Shown here: piece after piece, positions 14,227-22,944 of the stretch
How positions within the stretch are numbered: position 1 is the first letter of the stretch
Layout: each line of letters begins with the position of its first letter
IMG/VR virus record: IMGVR_UViG_3300027763_000202
Coordinates: 1-26,984 of that record
DNA: 26,984 nt
Direction: 5' to 3' (one strand)
Source of the DNA: a virus
Taxonomy: Duplodnaviria; Caudoviricetes
Translations under genes and position numbers: made by a program
The notes under the pieces: model-generated
The model's database searches: none
Seen by the model: the letters and a program-made list of their open reading frames with translations, nothing else
What the model was told of the DNA's origin: nothing

Positions 14227-15224
14227 AATCTCCCGCCAGCGTCAAAAGACATAGGCACAGAGTCGTAGTTCTCCAAAAACTGCTGGCTGTCTTTGTGATA
14301 CCACAGGCTGTACCAATCCTCGGACTCGCCATTGCGTTGCTTCTCGCACATAAGGTGGGCGTCGGGAATCATTGAGTCAACCGCGCCGCTCTGTGCGTCA
14401 TGCTCTTTTTTCTTGTTGCGCCAGACCATCAAGACATTGTCTACTTGGTCGCTGATAGAACCAGAACCCTTGATGTCGTTTTTGTTGGGTTTGATTTCTT
14501 CGCTCTGCAATTTGCGGATGTGGTGAATCAGGTGAACATGGATGTTGTGGTCACGCGCAAGAGATGTAATTTCGTCAACGAACATCTTCTGCGCGTTGTA
14601 GTCATCTTCACCGGATACGCACTTCATCAGGCTGTCGATGAAAACGTGCTGCACACCCAACTCCACCGCGCTGTACCGTGAGACGGCAATCACTTGCTGG
14701 GCGCTCACAGTGCCCTGCTGATCATAGAGCCACATCTCGTTGCCTGCGTATCCCCTCATGCGGTCAAATAAGCCGGTTAGGTATCGTGTCCTGTCTCCGT
14801 AGCGCGGAGCCTCAATGTTCTCGCCAGAAAATTGGCGCAGCATCCTGTACAGCGTGCGCTTTGGCTTCATCTCAAACGAGGCGATCATCACCTTCTGCTT
14901 TTGCTTGATGAGGTTCAGAGCAATCATGCCCGTGACCATGCTCTTGCCGCCACCGTTGCCACCAGCGTACAGGGTGACCTCGCCGGGGCGGTACTGGAAC
15001 CCTTGGTGAGTTTTGGCCCACGGCATGGTCTGGAAGTTATCAACGACCGGGCTTGCCAATTCTTCTTCAAGTTCATCCAGAAACTCATGGGTCTTGCGAA
15101 CCTTCTGCGCGACGTCGTTTGCTTTGAGGTACTTCTCAAAGTCCACCTCGTCAGGCCGAACGATGCGGATACGACGAGCCTCGTCCAGTTCTTGCGCTCT
15201 TTTTTGCACTTCAGACGTTTGCAT
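14223..15224 (-). CDS. SF4 (DnaB/T7 gp4-like) replicative helicase
   Basis: RPGEVTLYAGGNGGGKS, SFEM, FIDSL, LIHHIRK, DIKGSGSI...DNV, EKQRNG. Confidence 0.93.
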   Translation of the reverse strand: MQTSEVQKRAQELDEARRIRIVRPDEVDFEKYLKANDVAQKVRKTHEFLDELEEELASPVVDNFQTMPWAKTHQGFQYRPGEVTLYAGGNGGGKSMVTGMIALNLIKQKQKVMIASFEMKPKRTLYRMLRQFSGENIEAPRYGDRTRYLTGLFDRMRGYAGNEMWLYDQQGTVSAQQVIAVSRYSAVELGVQHVFIDSLMKCVSGEDDYNAQKMFVDEITSLARDHNIHVHLIHHIRKLQSEEIKPNKNDIKGSGSISDQVDNVLMVWRNKKKEHDAQSGAVDSMIPDAHLMCEKQRNGESEDWYSLWYHKDSQQFLENYDSVPMSFDAGGRF

Positions 15225-15645
15225 ATTTGATTGCCTCTTCGATTCGCTGTTGGGATAATTTCATTCGCTCTCTGTCGCCGTCGCTCAACTTCTTGCCTTG
15301 CCCCATGTCGTAGGCGCAAATCGATACCACCAACGCCTCAAACGAGATGATGCGCATCAGGTCGGTTGCGTAAAAAGCAGGCTTCATGCTCTGCTTGCCC
15401 TCGACCGGATACTCACGCCGCTTGCTGTCCGAAGGGAACAGGTCGGTCATGCTCATGCCCAGCGCCTGCAACACGCTCAACGTCTCGCACCCCGCAAAGC
15501 AATGCACAAGCACTCGACCGTCATCGTTCTCGCGGATAGCGAGTGACGGCCCCTTGTCAGCGTGCGCGGGGCAGCAGGCAGTCCAAGACCCATTGCGACC
15601 CTTGACCTTAGTCAGCATACCCAACATCTTCTCGACCGGAGTCAT
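15211..15645 (-). CDS. Stand-alone primase-type zinc-binding domain protein
   Basis: ACCPAHADKGPSLAI...VHCFAGC; only 144 aa, with no TOPRIM or AEP catalytic domain. Confidence 0.85.
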   Translation of the reverse strand: MTPVEKMLGMLTKVKGRNGSWTACCPAHADKGPSLAIRENDDGRVLVHCFAGCETLSVLQALGMSMTDLFPSDSKRREYPVEGKQSMKPAFYATDLMRIISFEALVVSICAYDMGQGKKLSDGDRERMKLSQQRIEEAIKYANV

Positions 15646-16310
15646 ATCACCTTCCGCACTGGAGCCTGCTGACCGTCGTCGTCTTCCCAACGACGTTGGT
15701 TGATGTACGTCAGGGGCGCAGGCTCAAAGCCCGTCGTCCACTGCTCAGACCGCTTCAAAACCGCAACGTGAGCAAGGATCTTCGTTAAGACAACGTCAAG
15801 GTCATGCTTGAGCCACTTCTTCTCGCACTCAGATCTTGCCACCTTGCGTTTTGATGTTGGCCATAGTTGCCAGAACTCGTCGAATTTCGACAATGTCTTT
15901 ATATTCTTTATCTGTATCTGTATCTTCTTGGGGTTAACCTTGGGTTCAGATTCGGTTACCGATTCGGTTACGCCACCCGGAGAGCCTTTATCTACGCGGC
16001 GTTTGGGGCGACCACCCTTTTTTCCCAGCGCCCTGTTGATAGCTACTTGCGACTGATATTTCTTGATTTCGCTATCACAACGACTGTTGAAATACCCTGT
16101 TGACGTCTTTTCAAAGAACTCCCCCAAAACCGATTCGGTTATGTCCAAATCTAGGCGGATTTTCCTCGCAACCGAATCGGTATTGAGTGGGATTTCCTGC
16201 TCGCTCATGTAGTACATATCCATCAGTCGGCGGTAAGCCAAATCCTCTGCGTCGGACAGATGTACAGTGTGCGTCAGGTAGTCGCCAATGTGGAACTTGT
16301 ACCAGATCAT
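15642..16310 (-). CDS. YdaU/DUF1376-family replication initiator
   Basis: WYKFHIGDYLTHTVHLSDAEDLAYRRLMDMYY; GKKGGRP; C-terminal FDEFWQLWP...PAPLTYINQRRWED. Confidence 0.88.
   Translation of the reverse strand: MIWYKFHIGDYLTHTVHLSDAEDLAYRRLMDMYYMSEQEIPLNTDSVARKIRLDLDITESVLGEFFEKTSTGYFNSRCDSEIKKYQSQVAINRALGKKGGRPKRRVDKGSPGGVTESVTESEPKVNPKKIQIQIKNIKTLSKFDEFWQLWPTSKRKVARSECEKKWLKHDLDVVLTKILAHVAVLKRSEQWTTGFEPAPLTYINQRRWEDDDGQQAPVRKVI
15898..16181. repeat. Putative replication origin within the initiator gene
   Basis: ACCGA-W-TCGGT at 15958, 16129 and 16171; 12-bp-period GATTCGGTTAC repeat at 15949-15971; adjacent AT-rich TATCTG repeats. Confidence 0.6.
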
Positions 16311-16516
16311 TTTATCTCTCCAAAGATGTCTGGACGCAAGGTAGAGCGCCTCACCTGCCCCTTGGTATAGCGCTCAATCGCAACGCTGAGGACTGGGCTG
16401 GGCATTTGACGGCCTGAGATGATGAGGCTCATCCAAGTCTTGCTGATACCTAGTCGCCTCGCCATAGCCAGCTTCGCCCCCCTCGGTTTCATTTCAAAAA
16501 ATTCACTTAAAGTCAT
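16307..16516 (-). CDS. Cro/YdaS-like HTH regulator
   Basis: AMARRLGISKTWMSLIISGRQMPS...IERYTKGQVRRSTLRPDIF. Confidence 0.88.
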   Translation of the reverse strand: MTLSEFFEMKPRGAKLAMARRLGISKTWMSLIISGRQMPSPVLSVAIERYTKGQVRRSTLRPDIFGEIK

Positions 16517-16544
16517 TCCGCTCTCCCTTCGTTGGTGTAAGTGG

Positions 16545-16606
16545 ATAATACACGACAAAGAATATTATGCAAGCGGGTTGTATTCTGTAGTTAAATTTGG
16601 TACAGT
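16545..16606. promoter_or_regulatory. Back-to-back divergent promoters
   Basis: Rightward TTGTAT-N17-TACAGT with TGn extension (16578-16606); leftward TTGCAT-N16-TATTAT (16572-16545). Confidence 0.65.
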
Positions 16607-16634
16607 CCGGTCTGGCTCACAACAAAAGCGAATT

Positions 16635-16799
16635 ATGAGAGACACACAAGCGGAGCATCATCAGATGATGCTGGAACGGCAGCAGGTGCTAGAAGAGTCC
16701 CTGCGAAGGGGCATTGATGGCGTAGCAACAACCGAAGACTGGCTGACCATACTCGCGGAGTGCGGTATAGACCATAGTCATTTTTTTAAGAAAATCTGA
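16635..16799 (+). CDS. Hypothetical protein, 54 aa
   Basis: MRDTQAEHHQMMLERQQ...; first ATG after the rightward promoter. Confidence 0.65.
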   Translation: MRDTQAEHHQMMLERQQVLEESLRRGIDGVATTEDWLTILAECGIDHSHFFKKI

Positions 16800-16809
16800 G
16801 GAGCGAATC

Positions 16810-17451
16810 ATGGCACTAATAGCGAAGTCAAGTGGTGAAAGCACGTTTGTCCCCGTCCCGCAGGGAATGCATCTTGCGCGGTGCTACCGGATCATCGATA
16901 TGGGCACTCAAAAGTCGGAATACCAAGGTCAGGTCAAGCACTTGTCCAAGGTCATGTTGCAGTTTGAGATCCACGGCAACGACGACGACAACAAGCCCAT
17001 CGTGACGCAAAAGGGCGAGCCTATGTCAATCAGCAAGAACTTCACGCTCTCGCTGGCGGAGAAGGCAACCCTGCGCAAAGACCTGCAAACGTGGCGTGGA
17101 CGCGAGTTCACCGAAGACGAATTGCGCGGCTTTGAACTCAAGAACGTGTTAGGTGCTTGGGCAATGATTTCGGTCATCAAGGCTCTGGGCAACAACGGCA
17201 AGGAATACACCAACATTGCCGCCATCATGTCTGTGCCTTCGGCAATCAAGAAGGCGGGCATCCCAGAGGGGCACAATGACCTGACGCTGTTCTCCATCGA
17301 CGAGCCTGATATGACGCTGTTTGACAGCTTCAGCAACGGCCTCAAGGAGAAGATTGGCAAGTCGCCTGAGTGGCAATCGCGAGGCAAATCAAGCGCCCCC
17401 AAAGCCCCCGCAGGCCCATTCGATGATATGGAGGATGATATTCCATTCTAA
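16810..17451 (+). CDS. Putative phage single-stranded DNA-binding protein
   Basis: Beta-rich N-terminal domain (P.G.H.ARC...IDMGTQ) and acidic SSB-type tail DDMEDDIPF; GAGGAG RBS. Confidence 0.8.
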   Translation: MALIAKSSGESTFVPVPQGMHLARCYRIIDMGTQKSEYQGQVKHLSKVMLQFEIHGNDDDNKPIVTQKGEPMSISKNFTLSLAEKATLRKDLQTWRGREFTEDELRGFELKNVLGAWAMISVIKALGNNGKEYTNIAAIMSVPSAIKKAGIPEGHNDLTLFSIDEPDMTLFDSFSNGLKEKIGKSPEWQSRGKSSAPKAPAGPFDDMEDDIPF

Positions 17452-17461
17452 AAGGAATGTA

Positions 17462-17490
17462 TTGACATATCCCCTTTCGCAGAAGACAAT
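17462..17490 (+). promoter_or_regulatory. Promoter of the HNH gene
   Basis: TTGACA-N17-GACAAT followed by GGGAGG RBS. Confidence 0.55.
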
Positions 17491-17515
17491 CTGTATTTAT
17501 TCAATGGGAGGGGAT

Positions 17516-17974
17516 ATGAAAAAATGCACCGCGTGCGGGGAAGAAAAAAATCAATTGTTGTTTTATCCAAGACAAGCAAAATGCAAAGAATGTTATTGCA
17601 GGCAAGTTAGAAAATACAGAGAAGACAACATTGAAAAATTATTGGCTTATGACCGGCAAAGAGCAAATTTACCGCATAGGGTAGAGGCTAGACTTAACTA
17701 CAGCACAACGCAGGAAGGAAAAGCTGCTGGTAGTAGGGCAAAGCGCAAATGGTCAAAATCCAACCTGATTAAAAAAGCAGCAAGTCAGATTATTGCAAAT
17801 GCCCTGCGTACAAAAAAAATAATCAGACCAAATATTTGCGGGGCGTGCCTAGCGGAAACAAAGCCACATGGGCACCACGATGATTACGCTTATCCAATGA
17901 TGGTTAGGTGGTTGTGCCCAAAATGTCACCGTTTGTGGCACAAAGAAAATGGCGAAGGAAAAAATTCTTTTTAG
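17516..17974 (+). CDS. Zn-finger HNH endonuclease-like protein
   Basis: CTAC..CKEC N-terminal finger; CGAC...HGHHDDY..P..VRWLCPKCH..WH; visibly AT-rich. Confidence 0.8.
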   Translation: MKKCTACGEEKNQLLFYPRQAKCKECYCRQVRKYREDNIEKLLAYDRQRANLPHRVEARLNYSTTQEGKAAGSRAKRKWSKSNLIKKAASQIIANALRTKKIIRPNICGACLAETKPHGHHDDYAYPMMVRWLCPKCHRLWHKENGEGKNSF

Positions 17975-17988
17975 GAAGCCTAAGAAAA

Positions 17989-18777
17989 ATGACAATAACA
18001 ACCCCAGCAATACGCGCAAGCGAATCGAATCACTGGTACACCCGCGATGGCGTGCCTCAATACACTGTGGAGGCCAAGAAGGGCGGTATGCGCAACACTA
18101 CGCTGCGTGATGCTCGCGTGATGAATCTTGTACCCTCGGTGACTACCGTCCTTAACGTAGCCGCCAAACCAGCGCTCATGGCGTGGCTTCAGCAACAGGT
18201 GTTGCTTGCCGCGCTCACCCTTCCCCGCCGCCCCGACGAACCTGAAAAGGAATACATCGATAGAATAATCAACGATTCCAAAGAACAGGGTCGCTCGGCG
18301 GCGGATGCGGGAACTGATATCCATGCCTCTATTCAAGGCTTCTATGAAAACAACCCGACAGGCAAACACAACGAAAGTGTCCAAGCCTGCGACATCGCAA
18401 TCATCAAACACTTTGGCCAACAACGATGGATCTCAGAGCGCTCGTTCGCACATGAACTTGGTTTTGGCGGTAAGTGCGATTTGTTTTCTGAGGACGGGGA
18501 AGGCATCGTTGCTGACATAAAGACCAAGGAGTTTTCTAACCCAGCGAAGGTCGATGGATACGACGAGCATCTCATGCAACTCTCAGCGTATAGGGTTGGC
18601 CTAGGATTGCCGAATGCACGCTGTGCCAACGTCTTTGTCTCTCGTAGCGTGCCTGACCTTGTTGTAGTGCGCGAGTGGAGCGCGGAAGACCTAGACCGTG
18701 GCTGGGAGATGTTTGTCAACCTGCTTCAATTTTGGACTCTAAAAAACAAAGTTGTAGCGCATCAGGATTCAAAATGA
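17989..18777 (+). CDS. PD-(D/E)XK exonuclease
   Basis: PSVTTVL, GTDIH, SE..F, GGKCDL, DIKT, QLSAY. Confidence 0.9.
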   Translation: MTITTPAIRASESNHWYTRDGVPQYTVEAKKGGMRNTTLRDARVMNLVPSVTTVLNVAAKPALMAWLQQQVLLAALTLPRRPDEPEKEYIDRIINDSKEQGRSAADAGTDIHASIQGFYENNPTGKHNESVQACDIAIIKHFGQQRWISERSFAHELGFGGKCDLFSEDGEGIVADIKTKEFSNPAKVDGYDEHLMQLSAYRVGLGLPNARCANVFVSRSVPDLVVVREWSAEDLDRGWEMFVNLLQFWTLKNKVVAHQDSK

Positions 18778-18986
18778 AAACAATAACCGCATTCGTCACT
18801 AACGACGGACAGGTTTTTGAACGACTTGAAACTGCACAGGTGCATGAAGTTTTCCTTCAAAACCAAGATGTGATTGAGAGTTTTCTTGACAGCGAGTTGA
18901 ACCCCTACAAAGCCAAAATACAACGTGCAATCGCTCGGCAAAGCATTGTCTGCTGGGAAACGTGGAAAACAAAATATGCTAAGTGA
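18774..18986 (+). CDS. Hypothetical protein, 70 aa
   Basis: MKTITAFVTNDGQVFE...A..HE; AGGA RBS. Confidence 0.7.
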   Translation: MKTITAFVTNDGQVFERLETAQVHEVFLQNQDVIESFLDSELNPYKAKIQRAIARQSIVCWETWKTKYAK

Positions 18987-19209
18987 AGACGCGGTTAGGC
19001 AAATATATTTCCGAAGCAACGAGAAAGTTCCGGACGCCATCTTTGCAGACGACGTTGATATCGTTCAGTTCGCAAACAAGGTCGCGGCGTATGTTGCCCA
19101 GACTGTTGCCCTGCAAGAGCATGAGCGTTGCGTTGAAATAGTCGGGCACCTAAACCGAGAGGTTGCCAAGGCTCTCAAGAGCCAGCGCCCAAACAATCAC
19201 ACCGCATAA
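18976..19209 (+). CDS. Hypothetical protein, 77 aa
   Basis: MLSEDAVRQIYF...EHERCVEIV; last gene before the terminator. Confidence 0.7.
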   Translation: MLSEDAVRQIYFRSNEKVPDAIFADDVDIVQFANKVAAYVAQTVALQEHERCVEIVGHLNREVAKALKSQRPNNHTA

Positions 19210-19233
19210 AAAAAGCCCCCATTCAAGGGGGCT
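19208..19233 (-). terminator. Intrinsic terminator of the late operon
   Basis: AGCCCCC-TTGAAT-GGGGGCT followed by a T-run on the minus strand, between convergent genes. Confidence 0.85.
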
Positions 19234-19263
19234 AAGAAGGAGCATGGCAACTCCAAGAAGAAA

Positions 19264-21180
19264 CTACCGCATTATAGTTGATAAGCCGCCTCTGGCGTTT
19301 TTAGTCGGGGTTTTTGCCCAAGGGCCAACGCCCTTAAAGTAATCATGGGCAATCCCAATTGGGATCATTCCAAGACTCCCAACCGCCCCTGCGCCCTTTA
19401 CCATCAAACTCGCGGGATTGACCGGGGGGGCCATAGACGCGGCGTTTAATGCGGCCTCTATGGCGTATAGAACAGACCCAGAGTAGTCCCCTTGCTTATA
19501 CCTATCTACAGCCTCGCCCACAGACATTGCAGCACCAGCCGCGCTCAAGGTGTTCCCAATGACCGGCATCTTCTCAGAGAACCTTCGGCCAGCCTCGCGA
19601 GCCATCATCTTCAATGCGCTTGGCTGTGTTGCTGCGCCCTCCTGCGCGACCGTTGATGCGGCGCGAGCGGAAGTATCAGCAGTCGTTGCCCTGCGTGTCT
19701 CTGACGCGGCTTGTGAGCGTGCTGCGGCGGCTTGCTGTTTTGCCTGACTGGCTTGCTGGCTCGCGGCAATTTTTTCTGCACGCGCCTGCTCTACACGTTG
19801 CTGGGCAATTTGTCTTTGTTGGGCAAGTTGTCGCTCCTGCGCAAGGCGCTGTGCCTCGGCTTGCTCCGCCGCATACTGTTGTTGAATTCTTTGAGCCTCC
19901 TGTTTATTCGCAATTTCAGCGTTAAGTCGCTCAGTCTCTTGCGGAGGAAGTTGCAGTTGAGCGCCGCCTTCCGTTGTAACCAACTTAGTATTGCCCATGC
20001 CAAGTTGTTTTATTTTTTCTATGTTTGCAAGGTCTTTGTCAATTAAAGCCTTGCCACCAGTTGGGCTTTCTTTTGATTTTCCAGTAGCCATGTCAAGGAT
20101 AATTTCAGGCAACTGGTGTTTTTGACCCGCCTCCTGAATCATCCAATTTCTTGTGCCTGAGTCGCCTTCAATTTTTGGGCCACTTGCTCGACCAACGCGG
20201 GATTCTGTTGCACCTACAGGCGCTCCAGTCTCTGAAATTACTGGCGCAGGCGCTCTGTTCAAACGCCTTGACTCTTCTGTTGCCGTGCGCAGTTCTTGTT
20301 CTGCTTGAGTTGCCGCAGCTTGCCGCAAACGAAACTCGTCTTCTAAGTCAGCAACAGATACACCACTGGCTCGCCTGTTAACAATCTCATCAACGATCTC
20401 TTGCGCACGGATCTCAGCAGTACGCGCCCTCTGCTGCAAAACACGGACGTCTTCTGGAGCCATCTCGCCAACCGCCATCATGTTCGCGCTTGGATCCGTG
20501 AAGATCTTTTCAACTAATCCCTTGGCGGCTCCAGCGGCAGCGGCGGGGATAACCATGCTGTCTTTGTTTTCTTCGTAAATACGTTTGACTTTTTCAAGCG
20601 TTGTTTCGTCGTTGTTGTCTCCAGCACTTGATTCCTCTGACGGATCTTGACCGCGCACAATTCGTTCATTTCCCGTAGGGGGGGAATAAAACCCAGTGTT
20701 TTTGTCGTCATTCAAATCAAAGTTTTTTCCGACAGAAATAGAATAGCGTTGCGTCTCTACAGGCAAAGACAATATTGCTTTGTCTGGGTCGGTATTATAT
20801 GTTTCCAAAAAAGTTTTTGCGGCATTGGGACTGGTGTTATACAAAGCCACAGCATTTCTAGGATTTTTGTACGTCTGCAACAAGTCTTTTATGATGGTGA
20901 CGCCACCCATAATGTTGCTGTCTTCATCATCGGGGTCTATATTTATATTGAACTTTTTGTTATACAGCTTTGCTGTGTCAGGCATGATCTGCATCACGCC
21001 CCTTGCCCCGGCTGGAGACGTTTTAATGCCATCCTTATTAAAATGACTGAAATTGCTTTCTGTAAAAGCAATGGCATTAACAAGATCAGGATTTATGCCT
21101 TGACGAATAGATTCAGCGGTAATTTTCATCACCGTGTCTTGTTGTTCTGGAGTTAGTTGTCGGAATATTTTGTCATTCAT
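19264..21180 (-). CDS. Virion/ejection protein with N-terminal lytic transglycosylase (SLT) domain
   Basis: TESNF, SPAGARGVMQIMPDTA, NIMGG, AVALYN; then a long Q/A-rich coiled coil and a G/A-rich hydrophobic C-terminus. Confidence 0.88.
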   Translation of the reverse strand: MNDKIFRQLTPEQQDTVMKITAESIRQGINPDLVNAIAFTESNFSHFNKDGIKTSPAGARGVMQIMPDTAKLYNKKFNINIDPDDEDSNIMGGVTIIKDLLQTYKNPRNAVALYNTSPNAAKTFLETYNTDPDKAILSLPVETQRYSISVGKNFDLNDDKNTGFYSPPTGNERIVRGQDPSEESSAGDNNDETTLEKVKRIYEENKDSMVIPAAAAGAAKGLVEKIFTDPSANMMAVGEMAPEDVRVLQQRARTAEIRAQEIVDEIVNRRASGVSVADLEDEFRLRQAAATQAEQELRTATEESRRLNRAPAPVISETGAPVGATESRVGRASGPKIEGDSGTRNWMIQEAGQKHQLPEIILDMATGKSKESPTGGKALIDKDLANIEKIKQLGMGNTKLVTTEGGAQLQLPPQETERLNAEIANKQEAQRIQQQYAAEQAEAQRLAQERQLAQQRQIAQQRVEQARAEKIAASQQASQAKQQAAAARSQAASETRRATTADTSARAASTVAQEGAATQPSALKMMAREAGRRFSEKMPVIGNTLSAAGAAMSVGEAVDRYKQGDYSGSVLYAIEAALNAASMAPPVNPASLMVKGAGAVGSLGMIPIGIAHDYFKGVGPWAKTPTKNARGGLSTIMR

Positions 21181-22943
21181 TTTTTACTCCGTTCTCTTTC
21201 AATGCGCTCTAATCTTTCCGAGTAGGATTCACCGGGCTTCACGGCTTTTTCACCGGGCTTTGCAGCATTAGTAGATTTAGGAGAAGTGCGGAATACGTCA
21301 GAATTATTCTGGCGCATTTTCTCAAGAGTAGAATCGTAATCCGCATAAATATTGTAGAGTTCCGTCCCCTTCTCATACCCAGACGCTTGGAATTCGCGAT
21401 AAGAGTTTTCTGGGTTTTTGCTGAATTTTGACCACGCCTTAAATATGGCTTGGTCAACCTTCGCCTTCTCTTCCAGAGCATCCATCTTGAGGATGATGAC
21501 TTTTGCGGTGTCGCTCGGCAACGCGCCCAAATCTGCGTAAAGTCGGCCTTCGCTCTCTGTGGTGGCCCCCTCGCCGGGTGCGCGAGCGGACTTGCGGAAT
21601 TGCACCGTCAACTGCGACATCTTTTGCGCCAACAACTGCAACGCCTCACGGTCGTTTTGAGACAGCTTGTAACTTTCCAACTCTCGCATAGGAATACTGA
21701 AGTTGCCTAAACTTCCAATGGTAATTCCCTTTTCTGCTGCGCGTTTGACAGCGTCCGCAATGCCGGGGTTGTTCAACAAATCAAAAGCGGTCTTGTTCGA
21801 CACAGCCAATGAGCGAATATCTTTTGTAATATTTTCTGTGGAGCGAGCAATATTTGCATTTGTTTCCAGCATTGATACTTGGCCCTTCTCTTCGCTAACT
21901 TGGGCCTTCAAGCGTTCCTGAACAATTAGTTCGCGGTTTTCCCTTTCTTTAGGCGTCTCGTATGTAGGGTTGCCAGACGCATCCTTAGCCTTGGATGGCT
22001 GCAACATATCGTACTTCTTAAAAAACTCAAACACCAATTCTGGTTTGTTTGTTGCTATAGCTTCGTTTTTAACGTCGTCGTATTGTTTAGCAAACCACGT
22101 TGGAACTTTTTTACTTCCAATGTATACACCAAAGTCACGCTCAACCATTGTGTCAGGGCTTCCTTCCAAGAAGCGCTTCTGGCTCCTTTGGTAAGGTTTA
22201 CCATCAATCATAATAATGTCTTCGCGCTGGAGTTTTGCTTGCTCTATCAAGTCCTTTGCCAGCCTACCGCTTGGATCAAGGAAATTGGCTTCAGCGATGT
22301 CTCTGTCCGTGACGGGTTTCATTTCCATTGCTCCGCCAGTTGGGCCAACCCTATCAGCAGGCGCGGCAACACTGGGAGGCAATTGCCCAGCCTTCAAAAC
22401 TGGCGCTTGAGGTATAGCACCAGCAAGAGGCGGAGTGCTTCCAGCGGGAGACGGAGCGCCACCAGCAAGAGGTGCATTTCTCGGCGTTCCAGAAGAACCA
22501 AGACCAAGGCGATTTGCGTAGTATTCTGAAATTAGATTCTGCTGACTAATGCCTTGTTGTTTATCCATCAACTCCAAACGCATTTTGTCGGTAATTGCGT
22601 TGCGAGCAACTTGCTTTTCAGCTTCATCCGCAGCGCCTTCTGCCGCATAGCCAAGAGACTCCCCAAACGAACCGGTTTTGGTTGGCTTAAGGAACCCCGC
22701 CGCTGTCTTCATCAACGTAGAATCAAAAGGCGGATTCATGCGAGCGTCAAGGTTTGCCTTGAGCATCTCAATTTGCAGGTTAAGCAATTTGCTTTGCTGG
22801 CGGCGCTCTTCTAGGGCACGGGTCGCAATGTTGGGTGCGGCTTCTTTGTCTTTTTCAATGATTTCTGCCTGCACAACGTCCGTATTAGATTGGATAGGGG
22901 GCCTAGCTTGGGCTTGATTAAGTCCGCCTACTATGTCTGCCAT
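21177..22943 (-). CDS. Putative internal virion/DNA ejection protein, 588 aa
   Basis: Helical protein with a P/G/A linker; GFLKPTKTGSFGESLG; positioned upstream of the SLT gene. Confidence 0.65.
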   Translation of the reverse strand: MADIVGGLNQAQARPPIQSNTDVVQAEIIEKDKEAAPNIATRALEERRQQSKLLNLQIEMLKANLDARMNPPFDSTLMKTAAGFLKPTKTGSFGESLGYAAEGAADEAEKQVARNAITDKMRLELMDKQQGISQQNLISEYYANRLGLGSSGTPRNAPLAGGAPSPAGSTPPLAGAIPQAPVLKAGQLPPSVAAPADRVGPTGGAMEMKPVTDRDIAEANFLDPSGRLAKDLIEQAKLQREDIIMIDGKPYQRSQKRFLEGSPDTMVERDFGVYIGSKKVPTWFAKQYDDVKNEAIATNKPELVFEFFKKYDMLQPSKAKDASGNPTYETPKERENRELIVQERLKAQVSEEKGQVSMLETNANIARSTENITKDIRSLAVSNKTAFDLLNNPGIADAVKRAAEKGITIGSLGNFSIPMRELESYKLSQNDREALQLLAQKMSQLTVQFRKSARAPGEGATTESEGRLYADLGALPSDTAKVIILKMDALEEKAKVDQAIFKAWSKFSKNPENSYREFQASGYEKGTELYNIYADYDSTLEKMRQNNSDVFRTSPKSTNAAKPGEKAVKPGESYSERLERIERERSKK

Positions 22944-22944
22944 T

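Noticed and set aside
18070-18095. AKKGGM in the exonuclease (and GKKGGR in the initiator) as GG tags
   Set aside because: They lie in non-virion proteins and are treated as background matches; they show the motif is short enough to arise by chance, so an enrichment test is needed.
17989-18777. Cas4 / CRISPR adaptation gene
   Set aside because: No Cas4-type four-Cys Fe-S arrangement is evident, and the ssb context fits an ordinary phage recombination exonuclease.
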